Of a DNA stretch of 64,000 bases, positions 38,964 to 53,700 are shown piece by piece. Under the pieces are notes generated by a model, which worked only from the letters and a program-made list of their open reading frames with translations, ran no database searches and was not told the origin of the DNA. The stretch is from an uncultured Acidobacteriota bacterium (GTDB lineage: Bacteria > Acidobacteriota > Thermoanaerobaculia > Multivoradales > SZUA-115): positions 1,376,001 to 1,440,000 of the forward strand of contig CAWDVR010000001.1 in assembly GCA_963805975.1 (NCBI GenBank), written 5' to 3'. The position numbers and the translations under genes were made by a program. Position 1 is the stretch's first letter. Every line of letters begins with the position of its first letter.

Positions 38964-39473
38964 TCAGGCGCGCTCGTCGGGCGTGGTGACGTCCGGCACC
39001 TCTTCGCCGAGCGCCGTCGCGAGGTCGATCTGGTGCTCCTGCTCGGCCTTCAGGATCTCGCGGATGTGCTCCGCCATGGCGTACTCGCCCAGCGCCTCGC
39101 ACTGGCGGACGCGCTGGCGGTAGTGGCGGATCGTCTCGTTCTCGTTTTCGAGATCGAAGCGCAGCATGTCCTTGGCCTTGTCCGAGGTCTTGACCGGCTT
39201 CGCGGTCACCGTCGGCATGCCGCCCAGGTAGTCGATCTGCTTGGCGATGACGAGGGCGTGCTGGAGCTCCTCGGCGGCGTGGATCTCCAGCTCGTCGGCG
39301 ATCGCCATGTAGGCGGCGCCCTTGAGCACCTGCGAGTAGACCACGTAGGCGATGATCGCCTGGTACTCGCGCGACAAGTCTTCGTTGAGCAGACGGATCA
39401 GCTCTTGACGGCTGATCGGCGCATCGGTCTGCACTGCAGTCTTCTTCGCTGCGGACGGGGGTCGCTTGGCCAC
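38964..39473 (-). CDS. Ferritin-like/bacterioferritin-family protein
   Basis: Di-iron motifs EYQA, EELQH, E..TI..Y and EQEH. AAGGAG RBS before GTG. Confidence 0.88.
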   Translation of the reverse strand: MAKRPPSAAKKTAVQTDAPISRQELIRLLNEDLSREYQAIIAYVVYSQVLKGAAYMAIADELEIHAAEELQHALVIAKQIDYLGGMPTVTAKPVKTSDKAKDMLRFDLENENETIRHYRQRVRQCEALGEYAMAEHIREILKAEQEHQIDLATALGEEVPDVTTPDERA

Positions 39474-39610
39474 GTTCGTCTCCTTGGCAGAGAGTCAGGT
39501 TTCTCGCTCGGCACTGCAAGGCCCATTCCGCCGAGCAGATGTGAAGCGGCGGGCCCTGATGCTCGGTTCTGTGACAGGAATGGCAACTTTTTCCGTTGCG
39601 CGGCCGGCGG

Positions 39611-40129
39611 TCATCCCGTGGTTTCGTAGCTCTTCCGGCGCTCCATGAGGTCGTCCCTCACGCGAAAGCCAAAGCGCTCGTAAAGACTTCGGCTGCGCGG
39701 CGTCGGCCAGAGGAGGGCGGCGTCGACGTTGGCGGCGGCGCACTCGGCAAGGGTGGCTTCGAGCAGCGCCGCTCCCACTCCGTGGCCGCGGTGCGAGGGC
39801 ACCACGTAGAGGTTGCTCACGTAGCCGTGCCACTCCGGCTCGGCGACCGGGTTGGGGACTTTCTCGAGGAGCTGCAAGAGGATCGTACCGACGATCGCCC
39901 CGGGCACCACCGCGACCCAGCAGCGCCAGGCGCTCTTCGGCCCCAGTCGCTCGGCCATCCAGGTCTCGCAGCGGCCCAGGAACATCTCCTCCGGCTCCTC
40001 GGGAGCGAGGATCGCGGCGCGGAACTCGTAGCGCAGCCGCGCCAGCTCCGCCGCGTCCTCGGGCGTGGCGCGCCGGATGACCGGCGACGGCGCCTCGCCT
40101 GCCACGGGGTCCACGGGAAAGGCGTCCAT
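39611..40129 (-). CDS. GNAT family N-acetyltransferase
   Basis: IRRATPEDA, NLYVVPSHRGHGVG and LYERFGF. Confidence 0.9.
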   Translation of the reverse strand: MDAFPVDPVAGEAPSPVIRRATPEDAAELARLRYEFRAAILAPEEPEEMFLGRCETWMAERLGPKSAWRCWVAVVPGAIVGTILLQLLEKVPNPVAEPEWHGYVSNLYVVPSHRGHGVGAALLEATLAECAAANVDAALLWPTPRSRSLYERFGFRVRDDLMERRKSYETTG

Positions 40130-40192
40130 TTGCGCACGATGGTACACCCTGGAACCCACCGTCGTGCTGCAGCCGGCCTCTTGACGATCACA

Positions 40193-40207
40193 TCTTGACA
40201 ATCAAGA
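40193..40207. promoter_or_regulatory. Putative PadR operator overlapping the -35 box
   Basis: TCTTGA-CAA-TCAAGA inverted repeat containing TTGACA. -10 TATCTT at 40219-40224, ATG at 40232. Confidence 0.6.
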
Positions 40208-40231
40208 GGTGATCTGGCTATCTTGGGTCCC

Positions 40232-40581
40232 ATGGACGGAACCAAGACCGACGAAGCGAACACCGACGTCATCCAGGGCACGATGGACCTGCTGATCCTG
40301 AAGACCTGAGCCTCCAGCCCATGCACGGCTTCGGCATCGCCCGCCGCATCGAGCAGATCTCGCGCGGCGTCTTCAAGGTCAACCCGGGGTCGCTCCTCAC
40401 CGCGCTGCAGCGGCTCGAGCGCGCCGGCTGGCTCGACGCCGAGTGGCGCCAGACGGAGAACTCGCGGCGCGCCAAGTTCTACACGCTCACCCGCGCCGGC
40501 CGGAAGCAGCTCGAGGTCGAGACCGCGGACTGGACCCGCCGGGCCTCGGCCATCGCCCGCCTGCTCAAGGCCGAGGGCTGA
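40232..40581 (+). CDS. PadR family transcriptional regulator (acidobacterial type); frameshift near 40306
   Basis: QGTMDLLILKT continues as LSLQPMHGFGIARRIEQ..GSL..AL.RLE..W..ENSRRAKFY after restoring one C in ACCTG. Confidence 0.85.
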
Positions 40582-40583
40582 CC

Positions 40584-43227
40584 GTGTCACTCTGGCGCCA
40601 GCTCACGCGCGGCCTTCGCGGCCCTGGCTCGGCGGTCCGCCGCCGACCAGGACGTGGCCGACGAGGTGCAGCACTACCTCGACCAGGCCACCGCCGCGCA
40701 CTTGCGCGCGCGGCCTCTCGCGGGAGGAGGCACTTCGCGCCGCACGGCTGGAGCTCGGCAACGTCACCAGCGTCCGGGAGGAGGTGCGCGGCTACGGCTG
40801 GGAGAACGCCGTCGCGGCGCTGGGCGCCGACCTGCGCTTCGCGATACGCCGGCTGCGCACGGAGCCGGTCTTCACCGCCATCACGGTGCTGACGCTGGCG
40901 CTCGGCTCGGCGCCACCACGGCGATCTTCAGCGCCGTGAACCCGATCCTGTTCGAGCCGCTGCCGTACCCGGACGCCGGCCGGATCACGATGATCTGGGA
41001 GATCGGCGAGCGACGGATCGCGCACCGAGGGGACGTTCGGGATGGTTCGCGAGCTGGCGCAGCGGGCCCGCTCGTTCGAGGCGATCGCCGTCTTCAAGCC
41101 ATGGCAGCCGACGATGACCGGCGCGGACGCAGCCGGAGCGGCTCGACGGGCAGCGAGTCAGCGCGAGCTACTTCCAGGTGCTGGGCGTGGCGCCGAGCCT
41201 GGGACGAGACTTCCTGCCGGCCGAGGACCGGCCGACGGACCGAACGTGGTGATCCTCAGCGAGGCGCTCTGGCGGCGGCGCTTCGGCGGCGACCCAGCGA
41301 TCCTCGGGCGCCCGATCATCCTCGACGACAATCCGCTACCTCGTCGTCGGCGTGATGCCGCAGGGATTCGAGAACGTGCTGTCCCCTGCGGCCGAGCTGT
41401 GGGCGCCGCTGCAGTACGACCTGTCGCAGGGACGGGCCTGGGGCCATCACCTGCGGACGGTCGGGCGGCTCCGGCCGGGGGTCGATGTCGAGCAGGCGAC
41501 GCGAGAGCTCGACGAGCTCGGCCACGCCGTGGTGAAGGAACAGCGTCCGGCGACCTATGGCGCCCAGTTCGGGCTTCTCGTCACACCCTTGCGGGACGAC
41601 GTCACTCGCGGCGTCAAGCCGGCGCTCCTCGCCATCCTCGGCGCGGTGGCCCTGGTGCTGGTGATCGCCTGCGTGAACGTGACCAACCTGCTCCTCGCCC
41701 GCGGCGTCCACCGGCGCGGCGAGTTCGCCTTGCGCGTCGCTCTCGGCGCCGGGCACCGTCGGCTGATCCGCCAACTGCTCACCGAGAGCCTGCTCCTCGC
41801 CGCCATGGGTGGCGCAGTCGGCATGGTCGTGGCGGTGCTCGGCGTGCGAGGCCCTCGTGGCTCTGAGCCCTCCGGGCCTGCCGCGCGTCCAGGCGATCGG
41901 TGTCGACGGAGCGGTGTTCGCTTTCGGATTGGGCAGTCACCACGCTGATCGGTCTGGCCTTCGGATTGGTCCCGGCGCTGCAGGCGGCGGCGAGCGACCC
42001 GCACCGGGACCTGGAACAGGGCTCGCGCCGCACCGCCGGCGGGCACCGGCGGACCCGGAGCGCGCTGGTGGTCGCCGAGGTCGCGCTCGCGCTCGTGCTG
42101 CTCGTCGGCTCGGGACTGTTGCTGCGGAGCCTGGAGCGCCTGTTCGCGGTCGAGGTGGGGTTCGACTCCTCTCGCCTGCTCACCATGCAGATCCAGACCT
42201 CCGGGCGCCGGTTCGACGACGCCGGCACCACGTCGCGCTTCTTCGCGCAGGCGCTCGAGGCCGTCCGGGGGTGCCCGGCGTCACCGAGGCGGCCTTCACC
42301 AGCCAGCTACCGCTGAGCGGCGACTCCGACCACTACGGCGTGCGCTTCGACCCGAGCCCGCAAGAGGATCCCGGCGAAGTGGCCGGCACGTTTCGCTACG
42401 CCGTGAGCCCTGGCTACCTCGAGACGATGCGCATCCCGCTGCGGCGCGGCCGTCTGCTCGACGAGCAGGACGGGGCGGACGCGCCACGCGTCGCGGTGAT
42501 CAGCGAGTCGATGGCGAAGCGCCGGCTCGCTGGGCTCGACCCGATCGGCCAGCGGTTGCGCATCGGCGCGCTGGACGGACCGCTGTACACGGTCGTCGGC
42601 GTGGTGGGCGACGTGAGACAGATGTCGCTGGCGCTCGCAGACTCCGATGCCGTGTACGTCACCGCGGCCCAGTGGCGCTTCGCGGACAACGCCATGTCGC
42701 TGGTGGTGCGGGCGGGCGGCGACGCGGCGGCGCTCGCTCCCGCCCTCCGCCAGGCGGTCTGGTCGGTGGACAAGGACCAGCCGATCGTGCGCGTCGCGAC
42801 CATGGACGACCTGCTCGCCGCCTCGGCGGCCGAGCGCCGCTTCGCGCTGATCCTGTTCGAGGCGTTCGCGCTCGCCGCGCTGGTGCTGGCGGCGGCCGGG
42901 ATCTACGGCGTGCTCTCCGGCAGCGTGGCCGAGCGCACGCGGGAGATCGGGGTGCGCGCGGCGCTGGGCGCGTCGCGCGAGAGCATCCTGGCGCTGGTGG
43001 TGCGCCAGGGCATGACCCTCACCGGCCTCGGCGTGGCGGTCGGCCTGGCCGGCGCGGTCGCGGCGAGCCAGGCGCTCGTCGCCATGCTCTTCGGCGTCTC
43101 ACGCCTCGACCCGGCCACCTATCTCGGCGTGGTCGCGCTGCTGGCCGTGGTGTCGCTGATCGCCTGCGCGGTACCGGCGTGGCGCGCGGCACGAGTCGAC
43201 CCGGCGAGCACGTTGGGCGCGGAGTAG
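40584..43227 (+). pseudogene. ADOP-type duplicated ABC permease (MacB/FtsX domains) broken by about 10 frameshifts (pseudogene or assembly error)
   Basis: Fragments in alternating frames: [70 protein letters not shown] and PAWRAARVDP. Confidence 0.85.
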
Positions 43228-43285
43228 GCGGACGCGAGCAGCCTTGCTGCGCAGACCCGCCCGTGCCGGTCCACGATGGCCCTCC

Positions 43286-45349
<2,064 letters not shown>

Positions 45350-45391
45350 GGGCCCGGATGATACTGTACGCCGCCCACAGGAGAGCCGTGC

Positions 45392-46156
45392 TTGAGCGAC
45401 CGGACCGTGATCGTGCTGCCGGCTTACAACGCCGCGCGGACGCTGGCGCGGATCGTAGCCGAGATCCCGCCCGGCGTGGCCGCCGAGCTGATCGTGGTCG
45501 ACGACGCCTCCGAGGACGCGACCGTCGAGATCGCCCGCGACCTGCCCGTGACCCTCATCCGGCACCCGACGAACCGCGGCTACGGCGGCAACCAGAAGAC
45601 CTGCTACGACGCGGCGCTGGAGCGCGGTGCGGACTACGTGGTGATGCTGCACCCGGACTACCAGTACGACGCCCGCCTCATCCCCCCGGCGCTCGCGGTG
45701 CTCGCGACCGGGGTCTGCGACGTGGTGCTGGGCAACCGCATTCGCACCCGCGCCGAGGCCCTGGCCGGGGGCATGCCCAAGCCCAAGTACTTCGCCAACC
45801 GCGCGCTGACCCTGCTCGAGAACGTGCTCGCCGGCCAGAACCTGGGCGAGTGGCACAGCGGCTTCCGCGCCTACCGCCGTGCGGTGCTCGAGAAGGTGCC
45901 CTACCGGACCAATGCCGAGGGCTTCGTGTTCGACTCGCAGTTCCTGGTGCAGTGCGTTCACTTCGGCTTCCGGCTCGGGGACGTGCCGATGCCGGTGCGC
46001 TACTTCGACGAGATGAGCTCGATCCGCTTCCGGCCCGCGGTCGGCTACGCGCTGGGCACGCTGTGGACCTTCGTGCGCTGGTACCTGCACCGGGCGGGCT
46101 TGGTGCGGAGCCGGCTCTTCGCACCGCCGCCGGCCGGGGGGCCGGGACCCGCGTAG
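45392..46156 (+). CDS. Glycosyltransferase family 2
   Basis: VLPAYNAA, VVDDASED, NRGYGGNQK, HPDYQY and HSGFRAY. AGGAG RBS before TTG. Confidence 0.92.
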   Translation: MSDRTVIVLPAYNAARTLARIVAEIPPGVAAELIVVDDASEDATVEIARDLPVTLIRHPTNRGYGGNQKTCYDAALERGADYVVMLHPDYQYDARLIPPALAVLATGVCDVVLGNRIRTRAEALAGGMPKPKYFANRALTLLENVLAGQNLGEWHSGFRAYRRAVLEKVPYRTNAEGFVFDSQFLVQCVHFGFRLGDVPMPVRYFDEMSSIRFRPAVGYALGTLWTFVRWYLHRAGLVRSRLFAPPPAGGPGPA

Positions 46157-46170
46157 TAGACTCCGGAGCG

Positions 46171-47742
46171 ATGAAGAGCGATCACTACGACGTCGTCGTC
46201 ATCGGAGGCGCCTTCTCGGGCTCGGTCTCCGCCGTCCTTCTCAAGCGCTGGCTGCCGCAGGCGAAGGTCTTGGTGGTCGAGACCTCCAAGGCTTTCGATC
46301 GCAAGGTCGGCGAGGCAACAGTCGAGATCTCGGCCATGATGCTGTCGCGGGTGCTCGGCCTGCACGATCAGATGGCCCGCGAGCAGCTCCCCAAGCACGG
46401 CCTGCGCTACTGGTTCACGGACGGCCCGAACCGCACCCTGGCCGAGATGTCCGAGGTCGGGCCGCGCGAGGTGCCCCGGTTGCCCGCCTTCCAGCTCGAC
46501 CGCTCGGTGGTGGACCAGCGCCTGTTCGAGCTCGCGGGCCACGAAGGCGCCGAGGTCGCCAGGCCGGCCAAAGTGGTGAGCTTCGAGCTCGGCTGGCCGC
46601 AGAGCAAGCTCACGATCGAGAGCGCCGAGGGCCGCCGCGAGGTCACCACGCGCTGGGTGGTCGATGCTTCGGGCCGTCACGCGATCATCGCCCGCAAGCT
46701 GGGGATCATGAAGCGCACGCCCGAGCACCCCACGGCCGCCGCCTGGGGCCGCTGGGAGGGCGTCGCCGACATGGACGGCGTCGAGATCACCGGCAAGGAC
46801 ACGCGGCGTCCCCGGCTGGCGCCCATCCAGGCCGCGCGGCGCCTGGCCACCAACCACTTCTGCGGCTACGGCTGGTGGTGCTGGGTGATCCCGCTGGCCT
46901 CCGGCGCGAGCTCGATCGGCGTGGTCTACGACAAGCGTTTCTTCGAGTGGCCGCCCGCCGGCTCGATGAAGGAGCGCTACCTCGCCTTCCTGCGCTCCCA
47001 GCCCGGTCTCTCCGAGCTGATCGCCAACGCCACGCTCGACGAGGAGGACTTCCGCTCCTACAACCACCTCGCCTACTGCTCGCAGAAGTACATGAGCCGC
47101 GGCTGGGCCCTGGTGGGCGACGCGGCCTCGTTCCTCGACCCCTACTACAGCCCGGGCCTCGACCACGCCTCGATCTCCGCCTTCGCCACCGCGCGGTTGA
47201 TCGAGGCCGACCTCCAGGGCAAGCTCTCGCCCGAGGCCCTGGACCTCGAGATCGAGGACCACAACGACCGCTTCCTGCGCTCCTACAAGCGCTGGATCTC
47301 GGCGCTCTACGTGGACAAGTACGAGTACTTCGGCGACGCCGAGCTGACCGGAGCCGCCTTCCTGATGGACACGGCCATGTACTACATGGGCGTGGTGACA
47401 CCGATCTACGAGGACATGGAGAACCTGCGCCATCCGCTCTTCGGCCAGGCCATCCCCCAGACCCGGATGGCCTACAACCTGATGCACTTCTACCACCGGC
47501 GGCTGGTCTCGATGGCGCGCACGCGGCGCAAGCTCGGCACCTACGGCCGGAAGAACCTCTCGCTCCGCGTGCTGGTGCGCACCGCCGGCCTGGGCTGGGG
47601 CGGCGGCTTCCCGATGTTCAGGGAGGGGCTGAAGCTCTGGCTCAAGGCGGAGCTCTCCACCCTGGGCCAGCGGCTGCGCCGGGGCAGGATCTCGCTCCCC
47701 TCCCCGCTCCCGGCCAGCGCCGGCGTCGACGCCACGACGTAG
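46171..47742 (+). CDS. Flavin-dependent halogenase family protein
   Basis: DVVVIGGAFSG, KVGE, PKHGL, DASGR, WCWVIP (WxWxIP) and GDAASFLDPYYSPG. Confidence 0.82.
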   Translation: MKSDHYDVVVIGGAFSGSVSAVLLKRWLPQAKVLVVETSKAFDRKVGEATVEISAMMLSRVLGLHDQMAREQLPKHGLRYWFTDGPNRTLAEMSEVGPREVPRLPAFQLDRSVVDQRLFELAGHEGAEVARPAKVVSFELGWPQSKLTIESAEGRREVTTRWVVDASGRHAIIARKLGIMKRTPEHPTAAAWGRWEGVADMDGVEITGKDTRRPRLAPIQAARRLATNHFCGYGWWCWVIPLASGASSIGVVYDKRFFEWPPAGSMKERYLAFLRSQPGLSELIANATLDEEDFRSYNHLAYCSQKYMSRGWALVGDAASFLDPYYSPGLDHASISAFATARLIEADLQGKLSPEALDLEIEDHNDRFLRSYKRWISALYVDKYEYFGDAELTGAAFLMDTAMYYMGVVTPIYEDMENLRHPLFGQAIPQTRMAYNLMHFYHRRLVSMARTRRKLGTYGRKNLSLRVLVRTAGLGWGGGFPMFREGLKLWLKAELSTLGQRLRRGRISLPSPLPASAGVDATT

Positions 47743-47757
47743 GCCGGACGCGCGCTT

Positions 47758-49490
<1,733 letters not shown>

Positions 49491-49494
<4 letters not shown>

Positions 49495-49904
49495 GCCGGG
49501 CCTTCCTTCCGGAGCACGTGATGATCGAGGACGAAGCAGGTGAAGGTACCGGTCATCACGTCCTCGACCGCGTCCTCTCGAACCCGATATACCGAGACCT
49601 GCACCTGCCGCTTCTTGCCCTCGCCCTCGGCGGCGTGGGCGTCCGCCAGGACCCTCTCCCCCACCTGCACCGGCTCGAGAAAGCGCACGTCCGCGGCGCC
49701 GAGCACCACGTGGGGATGATTGACGGCCAGCATGGCGGCGTGGTCCGCGAGGCCGAAGACGAAGCCGCCGTGGACCAGCCCTTCGTCGTCGACCGCCATC
49801 TCGTGACGGGTCCTGAGCTCGACGCGGGCCCAGCCGGGCTCGACGGCGACCGGTGTTCCAAAGAGCTCCCGGTCGATGGAGCGATGGGTCTTGATCTCGG
49901 GCAT
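49491..49904 (-). CDS. PaaI family thioesterase
   Basis: [17 protein letters not shown] and FLEPVQVG. Confidence 0.9.
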
Positions 49905-49939
49905 CCGCAAAGTATGGCACGCGGCCGGGGAGGCCCCCT

Positions 49940-49982
49940 TGTCATCCCGAGCGTTGTCATCCTGAGCGCAGCGAAGGATCTG
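49940..49982. repeat. Partial GTCAT-tagged REP (truncated arm plus full arm in tandem)
   Basis: TGTCATCCCGAGCG-T-TGTCATCCTGAGCGCAGCGAAGGATCTG. The second arm is the reverse complement of the right arm at 10684-10711. Confidence 0.8.
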
Positions 49983-50043
49983 GACGGGGGAGCGCCGCGC
50001 GAGGCCGAGGTACTCTACTCCTCTCTCGTTCTACAATGCCCTC

Positions 50044-50661
50044 ATGCTCTTAGGAATCGACGTCCACGACTATCGTCATCCCACGAACCCCATCCAGCCC
50101 TGGATCGTCGAGCGCTGGTCGCCGCGCGCCATGTCCGGCGAGCCACTCACCGCCGAGGAGATCGGCAGCCTGTTCGAGGCTGCCCGCTGGGCCCCGTCCT
50201 CGGGCAACTCCCAGCCCTGGCGCTTCCTCTATGGCACCCGCACCGGCCCTCACTGGCAGACCTTCCTCGACCTCCTGGTGGAGGGCAACCGCCGGTGGGC
50301 CAAGGACGCCGGCCTCCTCGTCGTGGTCACCTCCCGCGCCCTTTCCGAGCGCGACGGCAAGCCCGATCCCACCCACGCCTACTCGGCCGGCGCGGCCTGG
50401 ATGGCGCTCGCGCTCCAGGCCGTGAGCATGGGCTTCGTGGTCCACGGCATGGCGGGCTTCGACTACGAGAAGGCGCGGCGGGACCTGGCCGTGCCGGACA
50501 ACTTCGCGGTGCTGGCCATGCTCTCCGTGGGCCGCCAGGGCCGCATCGAAGACCTGCCGCCCGACCTCCAGGAGCGCGAGAAACCCTCCGGACGCAAGGA
50601 GATCGCCGAGATCGCCTGGGAGGGCGGGTTTGGGGACCGGCCGCCGGCCGCGGCCGGCTGA
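50044..50661 (+). CDS. Nitroreductase family protein
   Basis: RWSPRAM, EAARWAPSSGNSQPWRF and HGMAGFD. Confidence 0.93.
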   Translation: MLLGIDVHDYRHPTNPIQPWIVERWSPRAMSGEPLTAEEIGSLFEAARWAPSSGNSQPWRFLYGTRTGPHWQTFLDLLVEGNRRWAKDAGLLVVVTSRALSERDGKPDPTHAYSAGAAWMALALQAVSMGFVVHGMAGFDYEKARRDLAVPDNFAVLAMLSVGRQGRIEDLPPDLQEREKPSGRKEIAEIAWEGGFGDRPPAAAG

Positions 50662-50791
50662 ACCGCGGAAACCCGCCGCGCCGTCACAAGAAGGCCATCT
50701 CCGGCGGCCTTCGATCCGCTAAGATCCCGCTATCTCCCTCAGCGGGGCCGGCCGGCTGGGCCGGTATCAAGTCGACTTGGAGGATCTGCTC

Positions 50792-53700
50792 TTGCGAAAC
50801 TCTCTACGCCTAGCCCTGGCCGCGTCATCCTGCCTCGTCGCCCTGGCCTTAGCTCGACCCGCCATCGCCCAGGTCTCGATGACCACCATCGGGTCCCCCT
50901 CCACTCAGAGCTTCGACACTCTGGCGACCTCGGGCACCGCCAACACCTGGACGGACAACACGACACTCGTCGGGTGGTACTCCCAGTTCGCCGCAACCGC
51001 CAACCCGACGACCTACCGTGCAGATGCCGGTGGGTCCAACACCGGGGCGATCTATAGCTGGGGCACCGGAACTGCCACCGAGCGCGCGCTCGGCTCGGTC
51101 GGATCCGGCGGGACGGCCGACATCTTCAATGCGGTCCGGCTGGTCAACAACACGGGCGTCACCATCACCTCGCTGCTGGTCGCCTTCAACGGCGAGCAGT
51201 GGCGTGCAGGAGGCTGCACCCCGACGCCCTGCACCCCGGCCGCCCAGAAGATCGACTTCCAGTACCAGGTCGCCAACGCCGGTGTGATCACCGATGCCAA
51301 CACCCCTACCACCGGCTGGACCGATCACAACCCGCTCGACTTCACCAGCCCGACACCCGGCACCTCGACCGCGGCGGCCCTCGACGGCAACGCGGCGGCC
51401 AACCGCACGGCCCTGTCGGCGACCGTCACGGTGACCGTCCTCGCCGGGCAGGAGATCTGGCTTCGCTGGTTCGACACCAACGACGCGAACAACGACCACG
51501 GCCTGGGCATCGACGACCTCTCCGTCACCCCGAACGGCGTCGCGCAGCCCAATCTGACGATCAACGACGTGTCGCTCAACGAGGGCAACGCCGGCACCAC
51601 GAACTTCACCTTTACTGTCAGCCTCTCCGCGCCGGCCGGCGCCGGCGGCGTGACCTTCAACATCGCGACCGCCGACGGCACCGCCCAGGACGACAACCCG
51701 GTCACCGAGGACAACGACTACCAGCTCAAGTCCCTCACCGCCCAGACCATCCCGGCCGGCAGCAGCACCTACGCCTTCACCGTGCTGGTCAACGGCGACA
51801 CTGCCCCGGAGACCAACGAGACCTTCTTCGTCAACGTCTCGAGCGTCACCAACGCCACCACCCTCGACTCCCAGGGCCAGGGCACGATCGTCAACGACGA
51901 CGCGGCGCCCAATCTGACGATCAACGACGTGTCGCTCAACGAGGGCAATGCCGGCACCACCACCTTCACCTTCACCGTCAGCCTCTCCGCGCCGGCCGGC
52001 GCCGGCGGCGTGACCTTCGACATCGCCACCGCGGACGGCACCGCCCAGGACGACAACCCGGTCACCGAGGACAACGACTACGTCGCGAAATCCCTCACCG
52101 CCCAGAGCATCCCGGCCGGCAGCAGCACCTACACCTTCGACGTGCTGGTCAACGGCGACCTCGTCCCGGAGGGCAACGAGACCTTCTTCGTCAACGTCAC
52201 CAACGTCGTGAACGCCATCCCGGCGGACGGGCAGGGCCAGGGCACGATCGTCAACGACGACCTCCACAAGATCCACGACATCCAGGGCAACGGCGCCGCG
52301 ACCCCGATCCCCGCCACCTCGGTCACCATCGAGGGAATCGTGGTCGGGGACTACCAGGGGGCGGCTCAGCTGCAAGGCTTCTTCCTGGAGGAGGAGAACG
52401 TCGATTTCGACGCCGACCCCGCGACCTCGGAGGGAGTCTTCGTCTTCTGCGGTTCCTGCACGACAGCGGTGGCCGAGGGGCAGCGGGTGCGCGCCACGGG
52501 CCTGGTCTCGGAGTTCTTCGGCATGACCGAGGTCACGGCCTCGAGCGTGGGCTCGGTGGTCGTCGTCAGCGCCGGCAACCATCTCGCCGAGGTGACCGCC
52601 GCGCCGCTCGACCTGCCGGTGGTCGGTGACGTCAACACCTACTACGAGGCGCGCGAAGGGATGCTGGTCACCTTCATCGACACGCTCTCGGTCTCCGAGT
52701 ACTTCGAGCTGCCGCGCTACGGAACCATCGAGCTCTTCGAGGGCGGCCGGCCGCGGCAGTTCACCGAGGCCTCGCCCCCGAGCGTGGCGGGCAACACCGC
52801 GCACCTCGACAACCTCAACCGCCGGCGGGTCATCCTCGACGACGACGACGACGGGCAGAACGTGCCGCTGACGCTGCCCGAAGGCAGCCAGTTCGTCTTC
52901 CACCCGCAGGCCAACGGCGGCTTCTCGGTCGGCACCCAGGGCACCGATTTCTTCCGCGGCGGCGACCTCGCCACCGGCTTGCGGGGCGTGCTGCACTGGT
53001 CCTTCTCGGGCGTTTCGGGCACCGACGCCTGGCGGCTGCGCCCCACCACCGCGGCCCCGGCCACGTTCACAGCCACCAACCTGCGCCCGGCGACACCGCC
53101 GGTGGTCGGCGGCGCCATCAAGGCGGCGAGCGTCAACCTCCTCAACTACTTCACCACCATCGACACCACCTCTAGCTCGACCTCGGGGCCCTGCGGCCCG
53201 GCGGCCGACCAGGACTGCCGCGGCGCCGACAGCGTCGCCGAGCTCACCCGCCAGCGGGAGCGGACCTCGATCGTGCTCTGCGCGCTCAACGCCCACGTCT
53301 TCGGCTTCGGGGAGCTCGAGAACACCACCGCCACCGGCACCATCAACGACCTCCTCGGTGCGGTGAACGCCCGCTGCGGCGGGGCGAACCCCTATGCCTT
53401 CGTCAATACCGGAAGCACTCTGGGTACCGATGCGATCCGGGTGGCGCTGATCTACCGCTCGGCCACCCTCTCCCCCGTGGGCTCGCCGCTCGTCGACCTC
53501 GACCCGATCCACAACCGGCCGCCCACCGCTCAGACCTTCGACGTCATCGAGGCGGCGAACCCGGCCTTCGGGCAGCGCTTCACGGTCATCCCCAACCACT
53601 TCAAGTCCAAGGGCTGCGACGCCTCGGCGGTCGGCGCCGACGCCGACACGTCCGACGGCCAGGGCTGCTACAACGGACGGCGCACTGCGCAGGCCACCCG

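Noticed and set aside
39515-39532. Possible sigma54 promoter (GG-N10-GC with TTGC) upstream of the ferritin-like gene
   Set aside because: The -24 element does not match TGGCAC well and no enhancer-binding protein gene is nearby.
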